Under the pieces are notes generated by a model, which was not told the DNA's origin, searched no databases, and worked only from the letters and a program-made list of their open reading frames with translations. Below, piece by piece: positions 46,009 to 59,140 of a DNA stretch of 64,000 bases. How positions within the stretch are numbered: the stretch's first letter is position 1; every line of letters begins with the position of its first letter. Position numbers and translations under genes: made by a program. Origin of the DNA: Marsupella aquatica (taxonomy: Eukaryota; Plantae; Marchantiophyta); NCBI GenBank assembly GCA_973895155.1, contig OZ316895.1:12221929-12285928 (forward strand), in the 5' to 3' direction.

Positions 46009-49000
46009 ATGACGGAGGCCCAGAGGCGATATTCTGTGCTTATGGTCTCCGACTTTTTCTATCCTAATTTTGGAGGAGTGGAGAATCACATTTATTATCT
46101 TGCACAATGCTTGATGCAACGAGGTCATAAGGTAAATTCGCTGTTTTCCTCGAATAGCTCACACAGTATTCATGTGAAATCATCGTGCTCTCAAAAAGCT
46201 AGGGCATCGAGACCCTTCTCTACCAATCCTGCTCAGCAAAAGGTAATTCTTGGTGTGGGCAAGTCGTGAAAGAGATCATAGTTCAGATTTCATGGACAAG
46301 TACTGAGTTCAAAGCCTAAAATTTGCCGTCCCACGCCCATTGATTCATTGGAATGGGATTTTATTGTGAAGGTGGTGGTGGCAACACATGCGTATGGTCG
46401 CAGAAGTGGAGTACGTTATATGACAAACGGTCTCAAAGTCTACTATATTCCCTGGCTTCCATTTTACTTACAAACCACATTTCCGACTTTATTTGGTACC
46501 TTCCCCATATTCCGAACGATCTTTTTGCGAGAGCGCATCACACTTGTGCATGGGCATCAGGCATTTTCCGCCCTATGCCATGAAGCTCTCATGCATGCAC
46601 GAACCATGGGCTACAAAGTTGTGTTCACAGATCACTCACTCTATGGTTTCGCAGACTTAGGCAGTATTCACATGAACAAGGTTTTGCAGTTTACTCTTGC
46701 TGATGTTCAGCAAGCTATCTGTGTTTCCCATACCAGCAAAGAGAACACTGTCCTTAGATCGGGCTTACCTCCCCAGAAAGTTTTCGTCATTCCCAATGCA
46801 GTGGATACCGCGAATTTTCAACCTAATCCGAGTCTCCCTAAAACACGTGAGGTAGTTATAGTGGTAATCAGCAGGCTGGTCTACCGCAAGGGGGCTGATC
46901 TTCTTGTCGAGGTCATCCCAGACGTGTGCAGGCTGTTCCCACAGGTAAAATTCACGCACATGCAATAAATTGTGCAGGGTCAAGTGATGGCTCGGTGAAT
47001 TAATGTTGTTAATCTAACTCTCATTTTTGTGAAGAATGACCATCTAAATGCTCGCTATAGGAATACTTTAACTTCTAGGGATGCGATATTTGAAGTGTTG
47101 TTTGTAGATTTATCCAAACTCATTCTATTTTCTGGGTCATTGCACTCTATACGAGCGTTTCTACTCCCATACCTCTAACGTTGGAGTATATCCAGAGTGA
47201 CTTGACCATGCTCGTGCTCTGAGTCGTTTCCATGTAGATGTTACTTTTGTTGGTCACTACCGCCTTGCAACAAGGACCGTGAATTTGCTTTGAGATCTTG
47301 ATCCTTTTATAGTTTAAGTCCTCTAAGAACTTGTCCACGAAAATGGAATATAGGTCCGATTCATCATCGGTGGGGATGGTCCAAAGCGAGTACGGTTAGA
47401 GGAAATGCGAGAGAAATACAGCCTTCAAGATCGTGTGGAGATGCTGGGTGCAGTGCCCCATTCTAATGTTCGTGACGTTCTTACACGTGGTCAGATTTTC
47501 CTTAACAGGTGCGTTACTACCTGCACAGAGCATTCGTTAAGCATTGATTTTACAGATTTTCAAACGAAAATTTACGCTATGGTGCTAGGAGAATCTGTTT
47601 CTTGCCAAAATAAATGCGCTTGGACATTCATTCAAAGTTGCTTGCTCGTTTGCTAAAGCCAACAAAGAAGTTGTGTGCATGATATAGGAGCTGTGGAGGT
47701 ACCCAATTGAGTTAGAGCTTGAAAGGGGATGTTGATTGTCTGAGTTCCTCTAATAATTCGTTAACTGAGGTTCTACATTTGAATGTATGGCATTTTCAGT
47801 TCTTTGACAGAGGCATTCTGTATTGCTATAGTGGAAGCTGCTTGCTGTGGCCTGCTGACAGTAAGCACGCGAGTTGGTGGCGTTCCAGAGGCATGTATGG
47901 CATCTTTATCCCACTGTGTTTCTGTTAACTATCAGGCTTGGAAGGTGCAGCGATGTTGAATGAAATACAACATGATTTTTAAAACATGATACTTTTACTG
48001 CAGGTACTACCCTCTGACATGATTATATTAGCAGAGCCAGTGCCTGCGCGGATGGTTGCTGGTATTGCGCAGGCTATTGAACTCCTACCACAAATAAACC
48101 CTTTTGATATGCATCGCCGGGTATGTTTCACCATCTGTACAAGGAACCTTACACTTGGGATATGATGGGGTCTGTCACGAGTTGGAGCAATCACTTCTCT
48201 TTGTTAATACGTATTCAGTGGTCAGTAATCTAGCAGGATAGGTTTTAGCATCGTCGGTCCTGGTTTCATGGGCATGCGCTCTCTGCCCTATTACGTCTGG
48301 ACGAAAGGAAATGGACAAACATGGTTATCTCTGATAGTACTCACTCAATTCTGGTTTTTATCCCAGGTCAGGAATCTTTACAGTTGGACAGACGTAGCGC
48401 AAAGAACAGAGACAGTTTATGACCATGCCACTGATTCACCAGATCAAGATCTGCTTCAACGCCTAACCAGGTACCTGTTTCCAACTTCTGGACATCCCAA
48501 AAGGAAAGCCAGTATTTATTGAAATAGTTAGTAGAACTCGGCTCAGTAACCAACAGTACTTTACACGTTTTTCAACTTCTTGAAGGTGTCTAGTTAGATT
48601 TGATCCACTTTCATTTGGTATGTGATGACATTTGCTGAGTCAGGTTATTTTCCCGAATTCGTGGTAGCCATTGTGTGGAACAAATATTGTGCTTGACACT
48701 TTTGGCGTCACGTTTGTGATGTGTTTGGATATAATCTGATGCTGTCACAGGTACTATGCATGTGGGCCTTGGGCTGGTAAACTTTTCTGTCTGGTCATTC
48801 TTCTAGACTTCATCGTCTGGCACATCCTCAAGTGGTGGCAGGTATGTTACACTGACCTGTTTGTGCTAAACCTTACTTTTATTGTTCGATAGAATGTGGA
48901 GGTTTTAGCTGGGGGTACTCTTGTGCAACTCGTTTTGCAATTTTGTCCCCCGTTTTGCTAGTCTGGAGCATTACACTTTAGTTTGTTACAGAAGATTGAC

Positions 49001-49223
49001 TTCAAAGCCGCCTCTTTTTCTTTGGGCATCAATGTTGAACTTCACAACACTAAGTCGGCTCTGCTCTAAGGTGGTAACTAAATACTTGCCTCACTTTCTC
49101 GATGTGACATTTTGCTTACCTGTCTTTGGTGTGATTATATTATCAACAAAGCCGGCAGAGCAGATAGATGTGGCTCCTGAATTCAGCTTGTGCGAACAAG
49201 GATCTGCTGACAGAGAGAAATGA
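46009..49223 (+). CDS. PIGA: Phosphatidylinositol N-acetylglucosaminyltransferase catalytic subunit (PIG-A/GPI3/SETH2), 441 aa, 8 exons
   Basis: Exons 46009-46131, 46372-46944, 47354-47508, 47800-47890, 48004-48120, 48367-48470, 48751-48841, 49152-49223 (1326 nt). Motifs [43 protein letters not shown] and [37 protein letters not shown]. Confidence 0.96.
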
Positions 49224-50479
49224 CTCAACGCCATCGACCAGTATTCAATCTGCTGAATCTTTGCGTGTCATCTCCTCAGATAGGGAGATCACTCAACTCA
49301 ATCAATAAATATTCAATTAATTTGTAGATTCTCTGTGTGCATTAGCCGCAAAGATGACTGATCACCATTACTGCAAAGTTATTCAGAATGTTGCAAATTT
49401 TTCCCGTGTCTTTTCCCTCCTCAGTAGGAAAGCGATCATTAAGTACAGTGTTTGAAGTTTGCATCCTTCTGATGGCAGTGTTTGAAGTCTGCATCCTTCC
49501 GATGGCTGGTCTTCAAGCCACAGGATTTGTGATCGTGCAACATGGATAGTGTGGTGCAATTGTTCATTTAATGGTATGAAGCTGCCCTAGATCGTGCATC
49601 GAGTTACTGATTGTCCTTGGTAATCTTGAGTAGCGAATAAGTTAGAATCCTTGGAGCATTAGGAGTCAGTAAATAAGATGTGGACATGATCTCACACTCT
49701 AGTATTGGTCTGCCGCAGGTATTGCTAACCTTCCCAAAGTCTCCCATTCAGTCCAACTTCCTCACCTGATCATCGAATTATGCCTAGTAACAAGCTAAAA
49801 CTTTGGCACCGGAGTGAATTTGAATAGACAAAGCTCTCTGGGCCAATGCAGGAAGAACTTGCTAGCAATCAATCTTACCCTGTGAAAGCTATGCACCACT
49901 CTACAGAACCTGTGTAAACCGTGTTAATTTTTCATGACAATATAAAATGGCCCACCACTCGTGGGCCCTCAGAATATGCGTGTAGGTCCCATGATCCATT
50001 CCTTGTGCCGCTTCAGCCATTCCACTAGATTGGTATGAGTTACATCTGACCTTGCTAGTTTTGCCCATTGAGGTACTCCTCGGGTAGCTCGCTGATGACC
50101 AATCGTCCTTTCTGACCTACAATAATAGACAATTCAATCGAACTTGAATGTATGGAATACATTAATGCACATGAATGTGAGTGTATGTGTGACTGTGTGT
50201 GCCTCAAAGGGAATGCAGAAGACTACTGTTCTTGACTTATTCCATATAGTGAAACCAAAGCTTGTAGATTCTCTAGTTATAGAAAACTTTAATATTAAGA
50301 CTATGTTCGTGAGTAGGGGCGGGCTAGGGGCGCCTGGGTTAATTCTAATGATACAGAGCATTTCTTTTCTGGGTGAACCCGATTGTCCCTACAGAAATAG
50401 CCAGTTGGTCCTCTTCTTGCAATGTTGGTATAAGAGTGTCACCAGCAATGTTTTTGGTGGTGAGAGTTGGCTAGATTTC

Positions 50480-50720
50480 ACCTCTCTTAAAGTCTTCACC
50501 ACTGTTGGCAAAACATTGTGACTTTCTCACCTAGTCACAGACCCTATTAACCAAGATCATGCCTCTCATTAAACTCTTCACCACTTTTGGCAAAAAATTG
50601 CCAGTTTCTCACCTAGTGACAGTCCCCATTAACCAAGTTCTCACCTCCCTATAAACTCTTCACCATTTTTGGCCAAAACTAGCTAATTTCTCTCCTAGTC
50701 ACAGACCTCATTAGCCAATA
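50480..50720. repeat. Degenerate tandem repeat, about 82-bp unit x3, at the edge of an AT-rich block
   Basis: AAA.TCTTCACCA.T.TTGGC.AAA...TTTCTC.CCTAGT.ACAG.CC..ATTA.CCAA occurs three times. Confidence 0.8.
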
Positions 50721-52420
50721 TGTAACAATTCCAATAATTGTCATAAATGAATCCCAAAACATTATTTAAGAAATACAATTTTCAAGTACTTTGTCACTAA
50801 AGTTATTCCAATCGAATGTTCATAGAGGTTTTTTGCATCTACAAATATGCCACGGATTTATATATGGATGACAAACACCAACGTAACCAAGTGAATTACA
50901 TGATATATTTGTAAATACAATGAAAACAGGGGCATTACCATAAATTCAAATTCGTATATTTAGTGGTAATGTACTTGAAGTATAAAAAAATATTGAACTT
51001 TTAATTATATTGCCACTAAAGATGTTGAGCTTAGTCCAGATAGGCATGATTTTGTGATATCTCACTTGAGTTGAGACTAATAGTTTTGGGTTCAATTATT
51101 GTGGCTGACTCTTCCTTTTCTGTGGGGTTTCACAGATTTCCCCTTAAAATAAAATATAAAATAAAATAAATATGTTCTTACAATATTATCATTATTTTTT
51201 ATTATATTTACAAACATGCTATGGTTTTTTTATATTTTCACCTTGGTTACTTTGTTGAATTTGTAGTCTTTATATGAAACTGCAACATATTTGTTATAAA
51301 TAATTAAATCCTGGTAGGACTATAAATGTTAACATCAAAAACAAAATATTACAAAGCATATGCTCCATCCCCACAGTATACATTCGCAACCTAATATGCT
51401 CTTTCCTCTGCCTCTTCCCTCTTGGCTGAATGTGTTCGGCCTGCAGCCTTGTTTGGGTCTGGCCTTTTAATCCCGGTTTTCTTTTGGGATTTACTTTTCT
51501 TATGAGTAAAATGTTCCATTCAAGAAAAAATAATAATAATATACATTGGCCACAGTATAGGAAAATGATGTTCTCATGGACAGTAAACAAAAACCATATA
51601 ATTGGGATGGACTAATTGGGATTACAATAGGGTACATATGACTTTCAAAAATACATGGGAGTATTTTGACAAACCTAGAGGTCTATCCAGGCTTCATTTT
51701 GCGCCATATAGCTAAAAGAAATAAAAGAAAAAAACCTTAAAAATTACTCTTCACCTCTTGATCTTGATCTGAGCTATGACTCTCCTTGTGTCACTCACTC
51801 TGTCTTTGGGAGCGATGGTCTGATTCGTTTATTCGTTTGCTGCTACATTATAATAGTAGAATTGAAGCTATTGAAGCAATTTTGCTGAAGCTCCGCACAG
51901 CAAACAATCCGAGCTCTGTTTAATTAACACTCTGTCGTTCGAGTCCTTCGCAACCAGGTCGAAACATTTTCTCAAGCTCCCGCAAAGAAAGTGTAGCTCG
52001 ACCTGTGTGTCGGTTTCGTTCGCTAGTACATTAGATTCAAGCATTTGGTCGAAACTCGGCACAGAAATCTTAGCTTTAGAATAGGAACACTCTGTCCGTG
52101 CACGGGACGGGCTTTTCGAGCATTCAGTGATATTTGGAATTTGACGTACTAAGATATCTGCAATGATGGCTTCTGCAGTTCACTTGACTGTGTGTGCGGC
52201 GATCGGGACTCCCGGTTATCATGGTCTAACAAGCAACTGTCAAATTTTACGAATCCCGCCCGGTTTCTTCCCCTGTCCCGTGCGATTTCTCCCTGCGGAC
52301 GGACAATACTTTTGTTAGGGAGAGACCTCTCTTCGCTCGGGAATTACGAGTAGAACTTACGTAACGAGACTGCGGAGGATTCCTGCTGAAGGAAGCTGTT
52401 GTACCACGCGTGGTTTGGTC

Positions 52421-53800
52421 ATGGTAAATTCCTCCCTCCCCTTCATGCTTCTGTTCGAACCCTGATTTCAGGCTTCCAAACTCTTTCACCCCCCCCCCCC
52501 CCCCCCCCTCACCCCCGGACTCTTTTGTTGCTAAGGCGATTTATCTGTCCAATTTGTTTCCCTCTGTTTTGAGTGAGATCGTGATCTGAGCGTGTGCCGG
52601 TGAGGGCGTGTGGGGCAGGCTTTAAAACCTTCGCCAGAGGGTCGCTCTGGTGCAATTAAGATGTTGGAAGCATGGTAAAATCTTCCGCCATTGTATCCAT
52701 AGCCTCTGTGATTGCTGGTGACTGACCTAGGCATCGGTAGATAACCGTACCCGCTCTGCACGCCTAAACCCTAAACAAAGTCTCCAGCAAGCTGCTCTCA
52801 ACGACCAGGAATGATAATAAACGGCGAAGTGGATACCACGCACTATCTGGAATTGCCTTTTTTGTCATGATCTGAGTGAAGATGGAGAATGTTTGCTTTG
52901 CTCCTTGGATTTGATCACAATGATATCGAAGGTTTCATTGTTCTGAAGGAATTACTTGGTTCCCTTGCAGGCTGCCAAAATCATAGCCAATTTGATTGTG
53001 TTGGGGTCAGGTGTTGTTCTAAAGGCAGTTTCACAGGCTTATCGCCAAGCTATCGTCAGTAAGTAACTTTCCCACGTTACTGAAAAGTGCATGGATTTAT
53101 GATGGTGTTGAGGATTTATGTTTTTGTCGAGCAAATTTCCGGATGAAGACTAGTCTCATACAATAACGTAGCATTAGTGTGATTTTGTTTACTGAACATG
53201 ACATTTCTGCCAGTCAAGATCTCAGTAGCTTTCTTGTTGTTGTGATGGAGCAATGAGAATGCATAATACTGAACTTGTTTTTTTCTGTATTGAAATAAAC
53301 AGATGCCTCAAAAACAGGAGTTGCGCAGGAAACTGTGCAGAACATGGTCCATAAATCAAGTAAGACCATGACGGTACATGAGGCCCGTCAGGTTTTGGGG
53401 GTTAATGAGAATACTTCTTGGGAGGAAATAATGAAGGTAGACTTGAAGAGCCATGCTTTATTAGTCCTCGGCATTATAAAATGGTTGGACTAAATCTTAT
53501 ATAAATTTTTTTCCATTTTACTAGCCACTCCTATGGGGCTGTTGTGGGTGATCAGTAGTAACTTTTCTGATAAGCATGGCTTTTGGATCATATTAGATTA
53601 CAGGTATCATATGGCAGGATTGCGGAGATCTGTTACCTGTATTTGAATTTCTGCTAACTGCTATCTTCGACGTGCAGAAGTATGACAATTTATTTGAAAG
53701 AAACGCAAAGACAGGGAGCTTTTACCTCCAATCCAAGGTCTACCGAGCTAAAGAATGTTTAGAAGCTGCGAGACAAGATGAAAGGCAAGAATCTTCATGA
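52421..53800 (+). CDS. PAM16: Mitochondrial import motor subunit PAM16/Tim16, 115 aa, 4 coding exons
   Basis: Exons 52421-52423 (ATG|GTAAAT, inferred), 52971-53058, 53303-53436, 53678-53800 (348 nt). Protein MAAKIIANLIVLGSGVVLKAVSQAYRQAIVNASKTGVAQE..MTVHEARQVLGV..KYDNLFERNAKTGSFYLQSKVYRAKECLE. Confidence 0.93.
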
Positions 53801-55184
53801 TTGATCGTCGAGTGAATGTTTTTCTTTCATGGTGATCTCCAACTGGGTCCACCATCTTTCTTCGTGATCTGAAGGATTGTCCGTCTCTGTGCAACTGCAC
53901 GGGTCGCCTTTTCTTTCTTTCATGAGGCATTCGTTCTTTTTTTACCTTCCTCAGGGGTCCTGAACGATAGAAATGTGGAACAACAAAAGGCACTAGTCGT
54001 AGAGACCGATCTTGTTAGAACAAGGAAGGAAGGTTAGGCAGGGCGTGTTGATCTCGAGTCTATTCTTATCTGTACAATATTAGCCAGACCTGAGCCCAAA
54101 AGTGGGCCTGGTCTCGGGTGTGTCTAGGATTGTAGTCAGTTCTCCCAAGGACTACACATAATGTTGAGAGAGAAAAAGTGGATGTGTTTCCACAAAGTAA
54201 TAGCAGAATTGAGTTATTGTCTACACCATCCAACCTATGCTTGTGATGGGTAGTCTTGTGCGGGAGGTTTACAGAAGGTTAAGTGAACTTACTGTACAGA
54301 ACAAACATCATCCAAAGATATTGAAGGTACGATCTGATCTTCTTGCTCATGAGATTTTGTTGTCTGGTCAAATTGTCAGTGTTGATCCCTTCCTAGATTT
54401 TTAGTTGTTTTCCATGGATTGTTCGTAATGTGGACTTCTGGCTTACTCTACCAGTGAGCCTACTTAACTAGAATACTTGGAGGTTTTGGTGTAGCTATGC
54501 TCGCACTTCTAATTTTTGTCAGTTCTGCTAGCTAGACCCATGTCTATAGAGGGGTTTCTAACGGAGAACCTGGGAATTTAACGGGCCCAAGGAACTCAAA
54601 ATGTGCTCGTTTTCATCTGGAAAGAAACCATTGTCGGGCTTAGCTTGTTTCTGAGCAAGAGAAAAAGTTCGTAGCATCTCGGCTTCCTTTCTCTACATGA
54701 GCCCCATACTATTCTCATTATTCTCGACTGCTGCTGTTTCCTTCCGCATTTCTTTCCTCTCCAAGGCCCTCTGATGAATCTCATGAGTTTGCATTACATC
54801 TTTTCCCTTTTGCAGAATTCTGCTCCTCTTTCTTGCTCCAAAAGTATCTCCGCGAATGTTCTCGTCCCCATAGATAATATATTGCATGAGTCATGCTCTC
54901 AATTCCTTCTTACCAAGGTTCTACTTGTGGTAGTGAACGCTGTTGTGGTAAAACTGCATTCTAAAATGGACTGGAGTTCCTGCCTTTTCCACACGACTGA
55001 TGGCAGTATTTCGTGTTGTCTTTTTGGTGATGTTTCTTCCCTGTGGAACATCCTTGCACATGGTAGTGAAATCTGAAAGAATGTTTTTTCCTGACAGGAT
55101 TCTTGGTAAACTAAACACTATACTTAGAATCCCACTCGCCGCCCCCATACGAAATGATCGGAGCAGGTTTTGGATCGTCAGGAA

Positions 55185-55590
55185 GCCACTCTGGCCTGAG
55201 GCCAATGATCATATTGAATGTTTCAACATCAGGCACACAAACGTCTAACTTATTTGGAAGCCACTGTATCTCTCCCTGGACCTGGGCCATTAATCATAAC
55301 TTCGGCATGTTTCAAACCTTGATCAATTACAATCCGCGTAGCATTTTCTGCCGCAGTTTGAGCACTGGCCTGAGGTCAATGATCGTAACGATTGTTTGAA
55401 CAACATCAGGCACACAAACGTCTAAATTGTTCCGTCCATGCAAGCGGAGGGTCGTTAGAACTTAATTGCAGATTTCCAGATTCACAAGCTACACTATCCA
55501 GTCTCCATTAAAATGCATTGTTTGCATCCATCCATGCAAGCTGAGGGTAGTTAGCACTTAATTGCAGATTTCCAGATTCACAAACTACAA
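55185..55590. repeat. Two interleaved local duplications of about 60 bp each
   Basis: CTGGCCTGAGG.CAATGATC..CAACATCAGGCACACAAACGTCTAA at about 55191 and 55365. CCATGCAAGC.GAGGGT.GTTAG.ACTTAATTGCAGATTTCCAGATTCACAA at about 55436 and 55532. Confidence 0.8.
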
Positions 55591-56572
55591 GGTCCAGAAT
55601 GTTTGAACAATATTCACATCCAAAGCTAACGGACCAAGGTTATGTTTTTTAGTGGCCCTATGCTTTCTTTACGGGAGTGAAGATAGGCACCCAACTTTTA
55701 TGTGAGTTTGCAGAAGTCTTGAGTTTGGGGAAGATGTTATCCTGGTATTGCTGAGTTCAAAGACACCATACCTCACCAAAAGCTTGAGCATTGACAATAT
55801 TGGTTATGCATTGCGCTGCCTGAGAGGCTGCTTCAAACCCTGAGGACACACAAAATTTGCCAAGGCTGGGTTGCAGCTTTGCAGGAGTATATTAATGGCT
55901 TGGATTGGAGAATCACTCTACAGTAGTGTCTCAAACCTGCTTTTTCCCAGTTTTTGCGTCAGCCAACAAGGAAAATGTCCGCTATTGACCCTGACAAAAT
56001 CTCTTAGGTTTCTGGAAAACTGAGAATCAGTTCAAGACGGGTCACAGCACCTGCCACAGGTTAAACTCCACATCATAAAATTTTGAATTAGTTAAATTTT
56101 TTAATGACATCAACAGATTCCTGCAGACCATTTTTGTCACGGAGACCAAGGCCCTAGTCACCCATGTTAGTCGCAATAGATCTTTTGAGAACTGCATATT
56201 TTCATCCAGCAACCCACCTGCAATGTTCGAGACCTGTTAAACCACCACTGGCCAGGCCATATAAAAGAAGTGTCCAATACTTCTCCCTTTTAACATTACT
56301 CTCTAGAGTAAGACCTTGGTTCACAATTTCAAACCAAAACAAACAAACAAAAAACCAAAACAAAACAAAAAATGATGAAATGTGGTGTATCCAGGTTTGG
56401 TCATAGGCAATGGCATTTGAACCTCTGAGAAACATGCAGTTTGAGAAACCCTATTGGTTTGCCCCGCCCTCGGTGGCCGGTTCGAACCCGGGTCGCAGCG
56501 GAGACAGGAATTTGCCGAGGCTGGGTTTAGGGTGAGAAGCAGTCCACTCACGGCTCGGGCCGGAAAATGACC

Positions 56573-56683
56573 GTACCGTACCAGCTGCCCATATGGGGTG
56601 GGGTCGCCACGTCATTCGGTGTGTTCAAAGAAAAGTACCGAGTGACCCACACCACCCGCAACATTGGGGCAGCGGTACGGTAC
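56573..56683. other. Imperfect about 110-nt inverted repeat (hairpin)
   Basis: GTACCGTACC(A)GCTGCCC pairs with GGGCAGCGGTACGGTAC, GGGTGG with CCACCC, and GTCATTCGGT with ACCGAGTGAC. Confidence 0.75.
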
Positions 56684-57316
56684 AGATCTGATTCCGACGA
56701 ATTACATACATACGATGAAATAATAATGCCTGTGCTGCCCCACTGTCAGCCGATCCTATCCACTGGCACACAACTGCTGACCGTACTTTAAGTGTCGTCT
56801 CCTGTCGATTAGTTTTGTCCCTTCTCCTGTGGTCGACTCTATTCGGGATGGAGTTTGTTTATTTTTTTGGTGCACGCGGAAATGGCGGAAACGCGGGCAG
56901 GAGGTAGGTGCCCGACGAGAGAGCAGAAACATATTATTATAGGGCAGGTACGGATCGACGGTGGGCTCTGTCCTGCACCGACTGTGACCGTCGAAAGTGG
57001 ACGATGTGAGCGAGGACCGTATGGTGTGGGAAACAGTACACTTTGGAAAACAATCTGGTCCCAAAAGCCCCAAAAGTTCCAATCAGCTTAATTTTCAAGG
57101 ACATTGGGGCTCTTGGGCTTTCTTAGGTTTTCCTTGTTGCCAACCCCTTTATAAAGTCTCTTGCGTGTGGGATAGTACCTCCGTCTTGGGAGTCTTTATT
57201 TTGGTGGTATCGCATATATTTTTCCATCAGTTTGGCAAATGTCATGTTGTTTGAAGAATACATGCTAAGAATATTTCTAATCTAATTTTACTAGATTTCA
57301 TTTTTGTCATCATATC

Positions 57317-57596
57317 TGTTAGGGATAATTTTTATCTCGAGACACCATGCACATGTGAACACCATACAAAGTAGTCGACACAACGAATATGTGGTTCACC
57401 TCACGACTGAGACTACGTCCACGAGAAAACAAGAAACCTTTACTTCTCTCTTGCCCAACTCCAATAATGAACTGAAGATCCAACAGAGACTGGTTATATA
57501 CAATATGCATCACTGCTAACCTAAGCTAAATCCTAGCCTGAGTTAGGCTAATTGCGGTTAACTCTAGAGTAACAAGACTAAGAGCAATACTCAACA
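57317..57596. mobile_element. Solo LTR (280 bp) of a copia family related to the full-length element
   Basis: TGTT...AACA termini with perfect TSD ATATC (57312-57316 and 57597-57601). Shares TAGTCGACACAA..GTGGTTCACCTC..GAG.CTACGTCCACG with the LTRs at 21134 and 27190. Confidence 0.9.
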
Positions 57597-58525
57597 ATAT
57601 CTCCATAGATTGCAAGATGACCATTCGGTTCTGGTTAATGGAAGACAGAAAGCAAGTCTAGGAGATTTATCCAGAAATGGCAAAAACTTTTAAGAGAGGT
57701 GAAATCTAGCAAATTTTTTCCACTTAAAAAAATGCTGATGTTGATTGCTGCTACAACTTCAACGGAGGGATGGCATTTTTCTCTACAGTAAGTTTTTCCT
57801 GTTAAGGAAGTATGGGATTTTTTATTGTATTGATTACACCCATGGCCTTGTGGGGCTATCTCTAATATAATCACGATCAGAATCTATCATTGTTGATGCA
57901 CTCCATACACCCATGCTGATTAAACCCATACCCTTGAGGGAATCTAACACTATAATAGGCAATCCCGCCCATTTGGCCACTTTTGTCCATCGTCCCGTTA
58001 CGAATTTGAATATCAGCGGGAATGAAACTGAACCGTCATATTAAAGCATCTTTTTTTTCGTATCCATCCAATTGTGAAACGAGACATGCATCAGATTTTG
58101 CTCCCTTCCATGCACCCCCGTGCACTCATTATGCCCCTCCATCCCCACCCGCAGCAAGGACCTCCGCATAGGGCTTCGCGACCCACGTTTACATTCCATG
58201 CACTTTCTCCCTATGGGACCGGCCCTCCTTGCACAGTGCAACGCACTGGCATAGGGCTCGTTATCCATAATATGATTCACAATTCACATTTATTGTTCAT
58301 GACCTATAGAGTGAAGCCATAGGCTGTAATTTCTCTGATAACAGAAAATTTTGATATTTGAGCACTATTTGTGAGCAGGGATGGACATGGGAACTCTGGG
58401 TATGGAGAGCCCTTCCAATGCATACGCACAAACTTATTATTTAACCACTTGGGCTAGTGATCTTGTGAACTCTCCAGATAGGTTACCCCAAGGGTGTCTT
58501 TGCCTTTATATTCTGGCAAACTGAA

Positions 58526-59140
58526 GGGCTGTGAGCTCTTGAAAGCGTTAGCCCAGGAGGATTATAGTCCATGCACAATCCCCAAAAAGATATGGGTTGC
58601 CTTGCACATAAGACATTGATTTTATTTTCTTAGAAATTTAATCTCAATATTAACCCTCGTGGATGCTTTGCAGGGTTTAGGTGTGTGTCCATATAGTTAT
58701 GGCACATATTAACTTGCTAAGAACATACATAGCGACAATATAGGGGGGGTTTGCTTTTTCGGGAGCCACACAAATCCCTCTTGCCTTCTTGGTATGAGCA
58801 TTAGGAAACTTCCTTGGTGCACTATCACTACTTGTCGCTTACTAACCAACTGTCAGCTTCAGCGAACTAAGGGGCACTTTACAAAGCTAGCCGAGGCAGC
58901 AGCTTGCACTTTTTCTTTGCATCTCTCAATCTTCACCTCAGATTTGTGGTCTTTAGCCAAAGTTCAATACAAAATGAGAGGTGGGCACTTGATTTGAACG
59001 TTTACCTATCGTAATCCTAGCTAGTAAACTTTACCTATTTTGGATCAACGTCTTTTGTGCAAGGTAACCGATATCTTTTGGGGGATTGTGCATGGACTGC
59101 AATCCTCCTGGCCGCTGACGCTTTCAAGAGCTCGCAGCCC
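58526..59140. mobile_element. Foldback/MITE-like element with about 95-bp imperfect inverted repeats
   Basis: 58526-58620 (GGGCTGTGAGCTCTTGAAAGCG..AGTCCATGCACAATCCCCAAAAAGATAT..) is the reverse complement of about 59044-59140. No TSD found. Confidence 0.65.

Noticed and set aside
54596-56200. Gene or pseudogene on the minus strand
   Set aside because: Short frames with frequent stops, no recognisable domain, and no consistent splice chain.
56461-56500. tRNA gene or tRNA-derived SINE suggested by GGTTCGAACCC
   Set aside because: No A box at the right spacing, no cloverleaf or acceptor stem, and no tail or TSD.
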